Shown: positions 57,301-64,000 of the stretch, piece after piece
How the letters are laid out: every line of letters starts with the position of its first letter
Position numbering within the stretch: the first letter of the stretch is position 1
Source: Flavobacteria bacterium RIFCSPLOWO2_12_FULL_35_11
GTDB lineage: Bacteria; Bacteroidota; Bacteroidia; Flavobacteriales; Flavobacteriaceae
Direction of reading: 5' to 3'
NCBI GenBank assembly: GCA_001800975.1
Contig: MGWK01000032.1
Location: 1,966 to 65,965, forward strand
DNA length: 64,000 nt
Notes under the pieces: model-generated
What the model saw: the letters and a program-made list of their open reading frames with translations, nothing else
What the model was told of the DNA's origin: nothing
The model's database searches: none
Made by a program: the position numbers and the translations under genes

Positions 57301-58545
57301 TTAGGAATGGAATTCAGTAATTGTTTTTTTAATGATCGAAACGCAATCCAATAATTGTTCTTCATTCATCACCAAAGGTGGCGCAAAACGAATAATGTTT
57401 CCGTGAGTTGGTTTTGCCAATAAACCGTTGTCGCGCAGTTTTAAACATATATCCCAGGCAGTTGAACTGTTTTCACTGTCATTAATCACTATAGCGTTTA
57501 ACAAGCCTTTACCGCGCACTAATTTTATTAAAGTTTGGGTATCAATAAATTTTTGCAATTCACTTCTGAAAAGTTTTCCCAATTTGTCTGCATTTTCAGC
57601 CAAAGCTTCATCTTTAATCACTTTTAGTGCGGCAATGGCCACAGCAGCAGCTAATGGATTTCCTCCAAAAGTTGATCCGTGTTGTCCGGGTTTTATCACC
57701 TCCATAATGTGGTTATTTGCCAAAACTGCCGATACCGGATAAACGCCGCCACTCAATGCTTTTCCTAAAATTAAAATATCGGGAATTACATTTTCATGAT
57801 TAACAGCCAATAATTTTCCTGTTCTAGCGATACCTGTTTGCACTTCATCGGCAATAAATAAGACGTCATATTTTTCGCACAACGCTTTTGCTTTCGCCAA
57901 ATAACCTTCCGCAGGCACATAAACGCCAGCTTCTCCCTGAATAGGTTCCACTAAAAATCCGGCAATATTTTTGCTCGATTTTAGCGCTTCTTCCAAGGCA
58001 GATATATTATCATAGTCAATTTTTATAAATCCTTCCGTAAAAGGCCCGAAGTTTTTGCGGGCTTCCTCATCATTTGAAAAAGAAATGATGGTGGTTGTAC
58101 GTCCGTGAAAATTATTTTTACAAACAATTATTTGAGCCTGATTTTCAGGGATTCCTTTTTTCTCATAAGCATATTTTCTGCAAAGTTTAATGGTAGTTTC
58201 CACTGCTTCTGCACCAGTGTTCATTGGCAAAACTTTGTCGAAACCAAAAAAATCGGTTACATATTTTTCATATTTCCCCAATACATCATTGTAAAAGGCC
58301 CTAGAAGTTAAAGTTAAAGTACTTGCCTGATCATTTAATGCTTTTATTATTTTAGGGTGGCAATGTCCCTGATTAACAGCGGAATACGCCGATAAGAAAT
58401 CGTAATAACGTTTACCGTCCACATCCCAAACATACACGCCTTCTCCTCTCGTTAAAACTACAGGTAAAGGGTGGTAATTATGCGCCCCGTAATTATTTTC
58501 TAAATCAATTGCTTGTTGTGATGAAATTTTTTCTGAAACCATCAT
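57301..58545 (-). CDS. rocD: Ornithine--oxo-acid transaminase (likely start ATG 58545)
   Basis: [47 protein letters not shown] and GKALSGG motifs. Confidence 0.96.
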   Translation of the reverse strand: MMVSEKISSQQAIDLENNYGAHNYHPLPVVLTRGEGVYVWDVDGKRYYDFLSAYSAVNQGHCHPKIIKALNDQASTLTLTSRAFYNDVLGKYEKYVTDFFGFDKVLPMNTGAEAVETTIKLCRKYAYEKKGIPENQAQIIVCKNNFHGRTTTIISFSNDEEARKNFGPFTEGFIKIDYDNISALEEALKSSKNIAGFLVEPIQGEAGVYVPAEGYLAKAKALCEKYDVLFIADEVQTGIARTGKLLAVNHENVIPDILILGKALSGGVYPVSAVLANNHIMEVIKPGQHGSTFGGNPLAAAVAIAALKVIKDEALAENADKLGKLFRSELQKFIDTQTLIKLVRGKGLLNAIVINDSENSSTAWDICLKLRDNGLLAKPTHGNIIRFAPPLVMNEEQLLDCVSIIKKTITEFHS

Positions 58546-58783
58546 GGTAAAAAAATTATAATTTAAAACTCTCAATTCCTCCTTTAGGAGAGAAATCATC
58601 CTCATATTTTTTGCAAATTACAAAATATTTCAAACTTATAATCTGGGTTAATTGTTTATTTTAATTGTGAAAATTTCTTTCAAAAAAAGAATATTGTATT
58701 ATTCTAAATTTTGTCATAAAAATTACATTTCTTTCGAAATTAATTAAATAAATTTGCATCAACTAAAAATAAAAATTTAAGAA

Positions 58784-59200
58784 ATGAAAAAATCAGTATT
58801 GATACTAGGATTGGTAGCATTCTTCTTTGCTAGCTGCGGTGAAACAAAGAAAGAAGAAATAAAAAAAGAAGTGGAAACACCAGTTGAGGCCGCTAAAGAA
58901 GAAATTAAAACAACGGATGATTATCTTGCGTTAGGAAAAGAATTATTTACATCAAAAACGTGTGTTACTTGTCATCAACCAGATGTAAAAGTAATTGGAC
59001 CGTCTATTAAAGACATCAATAAAAAGTATACTGAAACAAACGGAAACATTGTAGCATTCCTAAAAGGAGAAACTCCTGCAATTGTTGATACAGATCCAGG
59101 CCAAGTTGCCATTATGAAAGCCAATTTAGATGGTTTTGTAAAAAACTTAACCAGTGAAGAGCTTGCTGCATTGGCAGTTTACATGAACAGTATAAAATAA
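58784..59200 (+). CDS. Lipoprotein c-type cytochrome (class I, mono-haem)
   Basis: Lipobox FFASC; CVTCH; GPS; distal Met (AIMKAN). Confidence 0.9.
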   Translation: MKKSVLILGLVAFFFASCGETKKEEIKKEVETPVEAAKEEIKTTDDYLALGKELFTSKTCVTCHQPDVKVIGPSIKDINKKYTETNGNIVAFLKGETPAIVDTDPGQVAIMKANLDGFVKNLTSEELAALAVYMNSIK

Positions 59201-59221
59201 TCAGGTTAAAATTATTAATTG

Positions 59222-59252
59222 AAAGCATCCCAAAATTCGGGATGCTTTTTTT
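59222..59252 (+). terminator. Intrinsic terminator
   Basis: AAAGCATCCC-AAAATTC-GGGATGCTTTTTTT. Confidence 0.85.
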
Positions 59253-59276
59253 ATGCAAAAATGGTACATTTGCAAC

Positions 59277-60692
59277 ATGGCAAGAAAAAACAAGCAATTT
59301 ATTTTTGAGAATATTGAAGTGATTGATGCGGGAGCGCAAGGCAAAACAATTGCCAAGGCGCCGGACGGATGCGTGATATTTTTATCCAACGCAGTTCCGG
59401 GAGATATTGTTGACATTAAAACCGGGAAAAAAAGAAAAGCCTATTTTGAAGGCACAGCCATAAAGTTTCATAAATATTCAGAAAAGCGCACCCAACCTGT
59501 TTGTCAGCATTTTGAATTTTGCGGCGGCTGTAAATGGCAGGATATGGCTTACGAACACCAATTGGCCTATAAAGAAAAGGAAGTTATCAATAACTTGAAA
59601 CGCATTGGGCATTTAGAATTGCCAGAACCGACACCTATTTTAGGCTGTGAAAAAATTTATTTTTACAGAAATAAAATGGAGTTTTCATTTTCCAATAGCC
59701 GTTGGCTCACTTTGGAAGAAATAAATTCCACTGAAGAAATAGACAACAGAAATGCTTGTGGTTTCCATATTTCTGGAATGTGGGATAAAATTTTGGATAT
59801 TGAAAAATGCCATCTGCAGGAAGATCCTTCCAACCAAATCAGGAATTTCGTCAAAGAATTCGGCATACAAAACGGACTCGAATTTTACAATCCGCGAGAA
59901 CAATCGGGTCTTTTGCGAACCATAATGATTCGAATTTCATCAACAGGTGAAATGATGGTGGTTATTCAATTTTTAAAAGATCATAAAGAAAAAAGGGAAG
60001 CTTTATTGAATGCCTTAATTCAGGAATTTCCAAAAATAACCTCGCTTCAATATGTCATAAATCCAAAAGGAAACGACACTTTATACGATCAAAATATTAT
60101 TTTATTTAGCGGAAGAGATCATATTTTTGAAGAAATGGAAGGCCTTAAATTTAAAATTGGGGCAAAATCATTTTATCAGACGAATTCGGCTCAGGCTTAT
60201 GAATTGTACAAAATTACGCGTGACTTTGCCAATTTAACCGGAAATGAAATTGTATTCGATTTTTATACCGGCACTGGAACCATCGCTCAATTTGTAGCCA
60301 AAAACGCCAAAAAAGTGATTGGTGTGGAATCGGTTCCGGAAGCGATTGAAGATGCAAAACAAAACGCAAAATTGAACAACATTAATAATGTCGAATTTTT
60401 TGCTGGGGATATGAAAGATGTTTTTAATGACAATTTCATTAAAACGCACGGACAGCCAGATGTGATAATTACCGATCCGCCGCGTGACGGGATGCATAAA
60501 AATGTGGTGGAAAAACTCTTGGAAATTTCGCCAAAACGCATTGTTTACGTAAGTTGCAATTCGGCAACGCAAGCCCGCGACTTGTCGTTAATGAAAGAAC
60601 AGTACGATATTATTAAAACCCAGGCAGTAGATATGTTTCCACAAACCCATCACGTGGAAAATGTTGTACTTTTGGAATTAAAATCAAAGTAA
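59277..60692 (+). CDS. rlmD: 23S rRNA m5U1939 methyltransferase (start ATG 59277)
   Basis: TRAM domain, C..F..CGGC.WQ, YRNKMEF, FYQTN, DPPRDG, YVSCNSAT and DMFPQTHHVE motifs. Confidence 0.95.
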   Translation: MARKNKQFIFENIEVIDAGAQGKTIAKAPDGCVIFLSNAVPGDIVDIKTGKKRKAYFEGTAIKFHKYSEKRTQPVCQHFEFCGGCKWQDMAYEHQLAYKEKEVINNLKRIGHLELPEPTPILGCEKIYFYRNKMEFSFSNSRWLTLEEINSTEEIDNRNACGFHISGMWDKILDIEKCHLQEDPSNQIRNFVKEFGIQNGLEFYNPREQSGLLRTIMIRISSTGEMMVVIQFLKDHKEKREALLNALIQEFPKITSLQYVINPKGNDTLYDQNIILFSGRDHIFEEMEGLKFKIGAKSFYQTNSAQAYELYKITRDFANLTGNEIVFDFYTGTGTIAQFVAKNAKKVIGVESVPEAIEDAKQNAKLNNINNVEFFAGDMKDVFNDNFIKTHGQPDVIITDPPRDGMHKNVVEKLLEISPKRIVYVSCNSATQARDLSLMKEQYDIIKTQAVDMFPQTHHVENVVLLELKSK

Positions 60693-60694
60693 TA

Positions 60695-61147
60695 ATGAGA
60701 AAATATTTAATATTGTTATTCATCTTGAGTTTTACGCTTATAAACTGTGAAAAAGATGATATTTGTATTGAAACCACCACGCCAAAATTGATTGTTGTTT
60801 TTTATGACAATGCAATTCCTGTTGAAAAAAAGGACGTAACCGTTTTAACAGTTTGGGCAGAAGGGCAAGCGAATCTTTATGACAAGAAATCAACTGATTC
60901 TATTTCTATTCCTTTAGATTTAAATCAGAACAGGACGACTTATATTTTCGACAATAAAACTATTAAAGACACAATTGAGTTTACCTACGAAAGAAAAGAT
61001 GTTTTTGTTTCTCGTTCTTGCGGTTATAAAACCATTTTTGAAAATTTACAAATAGAAAGCAGAAGTGCGAATTGGATAAAAAATGATACCATTAAAAACA
61101 CAACCATCGACAATGAAACAACTATTCACCTTTCTATTTTTCATTAG
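60695..61147 (+). CDS. DUF6452-like lipoprotein
   Basis: Lipobox LINC-EKDDIC; FVSRSCGYK motif. Confidence 0.78.
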   Translation: MRKYLILLFILSFTLINCEKDDICIETTTPKLIVVFYDNAIPVEKKDVTVLTVWAEGQANLYDKKSTDSISIPLDLNQNRTTYIFDNKTIKDTIEFTYERKDVFVSRSCGYKTIFENLQIESRSANWIKNDTIKNTTIDNETTIHLSIFH

Positions 61148-61805
61148 TTTTTTAGTTCCGGCAGCTTTAAATGCCCAGCAAAAAACGGATACCGTTAAAA
61201 CGAAAGAAAGTTACGGTTTGCGAGTTGGCGTTGACTTGAGCAAGCCTGTAATTTCTTTCTTGGATGACAAATCAAAAGGGTTGGAACTGGTTGGAGATAT
61301 GCGTATTTTAAACAACTATTATGCGGCGGTTGAACTGGGTTTTGAAGATAAAATTTCCGAGGAAGATTATATGAATTATACCACAAAAGGTTCCTATATA
61401 AAAGTTGGCGTAAACTACAATGCCTATAAAAACTGGATAGGAATGACCAATGAAATTTATGTTGGCGCAAGATATGGGTTTGGTTTATTTAACCAAACAT
61501 TGAACAGTTATACGCCAAATGTTAAGGGAACTTATTTTATTCCGGTTGAAGTTTTGCCAAATACAGAGTTTAAAGATTTATCGGCACATTGGGCCGAATT
61601 GGTTTTTGGGATAAAAGCTGAAACGTTTAAAAATTTATATTTGGGTTTTAGTTTTAGTTTCAAAACAATGATAAGCACCAAAGAACCAACCAATTTTAAA
61701 AATCTTTACGTTCCAGGTTTTAATCGTGTCTATTTAAACGATACCGGATTCGGCCTAAATTATACCTTAAGTTATCTGATCCCAATTATTAAAAAAGAAA
61801 AGTAA
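61113..61805 (+). CDS. DUF6048-like outer-membrane beta-barrel protein (start ATG 61113)
   Basis: Signal peptide; YGLRVGVDL; YVPGF; beta-strand alternation. Confidence 0.78.
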   Translation: MKQLFTFLFFISFLVPAALNAQQKTDTVKTKESYGLRVGVDLSKPVISFLDDKSKGLELVGDMRILNNYYAAVELGFEDKISEEDYMNYTTKGSYIKVGVNYNAYKNWIGMTNEIYVGARYGFGLFNQTLNSYTPNVKGTYFIPVEVLPNTEFKDLSAHWAELVFGIKAETFKNLYLGFSFSFKTMISTKEPTNFKNLYVPGFNRVYLNDTGFGLNYTLSYLIPIIKKEK

Positions 61806-61842
61806 TTTTCAGTACTTTTAAAATTTAAATCCTTTTTGGCTT

Positions 61843-62790
61843 ATGAAAAATATTCCAAGTGTAGATTTATCCGATTTTTTATCGGGAGACACTGCAAGAA
61901 AACAGAAATTTATAAAAGAAATTGGCGAAGCTTATGAAGAAATTGGCTTCGTTGCGCTTCGCGGACATTTTTTGTCGGATGAGCTGACCGAAAATTTATA
62001 TAAAGAAGTAAAAAACTTTTTTGATTTGCCTGATGAAATTAAGCAATCTTACGAAATTGAAGGAATTGGCGGACAAAGAGGTTACACTTCCTTCGGAAAA
62101 GAAAGCGCAAAAGGCAAAAAGCAAGGTGATTTAAAAGAATTTTGGCATTTCGGGCAAGAAGTGGTTGGCAATGATACGTTGAAAGCGGAATATCCGAAAA
62201 ACGTCATTGTAAATGAAATTCCTAATTTCAATATCGTTGGAATGGAAGCTTATAAAATGCTTGAAAAAACAGCCATTTATGTGTTGCGGGCTTTGGCTTT
62301 GTATATTGGTTTGGATGAAATGTATTTTGATAAATATGTGGTTAACGGAAACAGTATTTTACGTCCTATTTACTATCCGCCAATAATTGGAGAGCCAAAA
62401 GGCGCTGTTAGGGCAGCCGCACACGGCGATATCAATTTAATCACGCTTTTAATGGGTGCTTCAGCAGCTGGATTGGAAGTTCAAAATAAAAAAGGAATTT
62501 GGATTCCCGTTACTTCTTTACCGGAACAATTGGTCGTGAATGTAGGCGATATGCTGGAACGGCTGACTAACAATAAATTGCGATCAACCATTCATCGCGT
62601 TGTAAATCCACCCCGCGAAGACTGGGAAAAACCACGATATTCCATCCCATTTTTTACCCATCCTATTAGTGAAATGAAATTAAATTGTTTGCCGGAATGT
62701 ATTAATGAGACCCGTCCGAAAGTATATGAAGATATTACGGCAGGAGAATTTTTAAACGAGCGTTTAAGAGAATTAGGTCTAATAAAATGA
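61843..62790 (+). CDS. Isopenicillin N synthase-family 2OG-Fe(II) dioxygenase
   Basis: DIOX_N start (IPSVDLSDF; GGQRGY), HGD...H (AHGDIN; STIHRV) and RYS motifs. Confidence 0.92.
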   Translation: MKNIPSVDLSDFLSGDTARKQKFIKEIGEAYEEIGFVALRGHFLSDELTENLYKEVKNFFDLPDEIKQSYEIEGIGGQRGYTSFGKESAKGKKQGDLKEFWHFGQEVVGNDTLKAEYPKNVIVNEIPNFNIVGMEAYKMLEKTAIYVLRALALYIGLDEMYFDKYVVNGNSILRPIYYPPIIGEPKGAVRAAAHGDINLITLLMGASAAGLEVQNKKGIWIPVTSLPEQLVVNVGDMLERLTNNKLRSTIHRVVNPPREDWEKPRYSIPFFTHPISEMKLNCLPECINETRPKVYEDITAGEFLNERLRELGLIK

Positions 62791-62960
62791 TGGAAAACAA
62801 AGTAGTTTCATTTTTCACATTTGGGCTGTTTCTGCTTTTGGCAGGTGCCATTTCAAAAGTGTTTCATTGGTCCCAATCGAATTTATTGATGGGAATCGGA
62901 CTCGTTTTTGAACTTTTGGCAGCCTTGCTATTTGCTTGGAAAAAGGTCAATAATAAATAA
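62787..62960 (+). CDS. Small two-TM protein (57 aa), GldL-N-like motif, absent from the ORF track
   Basis: MMENKVVSFFTFGLFLLLAGAISKVFHWSQSNLLMGIGLVFELLAALLFAWKKVNNK*; ATGA overlap with the upstream stop. Confidence 0.78.
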   Translation: MMENKVVSFFTFGLFLLLAGAISKVFHWSQSNLLMGIGLVFELLAALLFAWKKVNNK

Positions 62961-62998
62961 TGTTTCCCTAATTTAGCTTATATTTTTTTGAGTTAACT

Positions 62999-63349
62999 AT
63001 GAGTAAAAAAAAATTAAACAGTTTAGAAGATTTAGGTGGATTTGTGTTTTCGACAAATGACAACTTCGAATTTGAAAAAGCTGAAGAACAAGCTTTGTTG
63101 CCGCCTAAGCAACAGTTTTTGGAAGCCAAATTTTCGAATAAAGGAAGAGGAGGAAAGACAGTCACTGTTATTACAGGATTTGTGGGTTCTGAAGAGGATT
63201 TAAAAAATCTGGGAAAACTGCTTAAAACTAAATGCGGGGTTGGCGGAAGCGTAAAAGACAATGAAATTATAATTCAAGGGAATTATAGAGATAAAATAAT
63301 GGAAATCCTTAAAAATGAAGGATATAATATAAAACGCGTAGGCGGATAA
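62999..63349 (+). CDS. yciH: SUI1/YciH translation initiation factor-like protein
   Basis: KGRGGKTVT, LKTKCGVGGSVKD and IIIQG motifs. Confidence 0.93.
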   Translation: MSKKKLNSLEDLGGFVFSTNDNFEFEKAEEQALLPPKQQFLEAKFSNKGRGGKTVTVITGFVGSEEDLKNLGKLLKTKCGVGGSVKDNEIIIQGNYRDKIMEILKNEGYNIKRVGG

Positions 63350-63352
63350 ATT

Positions 63353-64000
63353 ATGAATAAAATTGCAGCTTCAGAATTAATTCTGAACCCAGATGGAAGT
63401 GTGTATCACTTAAATTTAAAACCCGAAAATATTGCAACCAACATTATTTTTGTTGGTGATCAAAACAGGGTGCCAAAAATAGCCATGCACTTTGAATCCA
63501 TCGAATTTGAAACGCAAAAAAGGGAATTCAGAACAATTACCGGCACTTATAAAGGAACAAAAATTTCAGTAATTTCAACAGGTATTGGTCCTGACAATAT
63601 TGATATAGTCATGAATGAGCTTGATGCTTTGGTAAATATCGACCTAAATACAAGAACTGTAAAAACAACGCATACGAAATTAAATATTGTCAGAATCGGT
63701 ACTTCCGGTTCTTTGCAAGGTGATATTCCTGTCGATAGTTTTGTTTTGGCGAAATACGGATTGGGTTTTGACGGACTGCTTCAGTCATACGATTGTGAGC
63801 ATATTTTAGAAGCTGAAATGGAAGATGCTTTTATAAAACACACCAACTGGAGTCCGCGAAAATCGAGACCTTATCTGGTAAAAGGAAGTGAATTGTTAAT
63901 ACAAAAATTGAAAAGCGACAAGGTTTTTATTGGCGTTACTGCGACTGCCGGCGGTTTTTACGGTCCGCAAGGGCGCGTGCTTCGTTTGGCGATACAAGAT
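63353..64000 (+). CDS. Nucleoside phosphorylase (uridine phosphorylase-like), truncated by the window edge
   Basis: SELILNPDGSVYHL.L, VGDQNRV, KREFRT, STGIGPDNIDIV.NELDAL, RIGTSG and FYGPQGR motifs. Confidence 0.92.
   Translation, partial: MNKIAASELILNPDGSVYHLNLKPENIATNIIFVGDQNRVPKIAMHFESIEFETQKREFRTITGTYKGTKISVISTGIGPDNIDIVMNELDALVNIDLNTRTVKTTHTKLNIVRIGTSGSLQGDIPVDSFVLAKYGLGFDGLLQSYDCEHILEAEMEDAFIKHTNWSPRKSRPYLVKGSELLIQKLKSDKVFIGVTATAGGFYGPQGRVLRLAIQD

Noticed and set aside
58704-58717. CTAAA-TTTT-GTCAT upstream of the cytochrome c gene as a full Fnr box
   Set aside because: Only the right half-site matches and spacing to the -7 is 31 nt; kept only as a weak hint.
1-64000. CRISPR arrays, rRNA, prophage, defence islands, tandem repeats
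   Set aside because: None seen by eye; all long ORFs have housekeeping or envelope-type assignments and intergenic gaps are short.

Overview
AT-rich core-chromosome segment of a Flavobacteriaceae (Bacteroidota) bacterium. The gene set and order look Lutibacter-like, but that is an impression, not a database result. About 60 CDS, mostly housekeeping: fmt, recQ, HU, surA/MoxR, rsmD, ptrB, prfB, rlmD, rocD, fumC, pta-ackA, hutI, msrA and ltaE. It also holds a complete cbb3-type oxidase locus (divergent Fnr-like regulator, ccoI-ccoS-ccoNO-ccoQ-ccoP-ccoG-fixH-DsbD_2) followed by two tandem ppk2 genes, a probable capA/capB sulfonolipid pair, two paralogous TonB-dependent-type receptors flanking arsC, and a MacB-like ABC efflux operon. 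There is one tRNA-Met(CAT), and a short IS3-like remnant is the only mobile-element trace. No CRISPR, rRNA or prophage was seen. Most notable signals not explained by the ORF track: (1) a palindrome RTGAY-N4-RTCAY exactly 21 nt upstream of the Bacteroidota TAnnTTTG (-7) element at ccoI, ccoS and pta, with further copies before an uncharacterised helical protein and between fumC and an unannotated 56-aa ORF, suggesting a low-oxygen regulon of an Fnr with only three of the four canonical Cys; (2) a structured, SD-containing 5' leader on rocD; (3) an operon pairing a membrane protein with a pilin-like helix and a PilM/actin-like DUF3822 protein; (4) two small membrane ORFs missed by the track; (5) a prfB without the programmed frameshift. 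All functional claims are inferred by eye and need computational or experimental checks.
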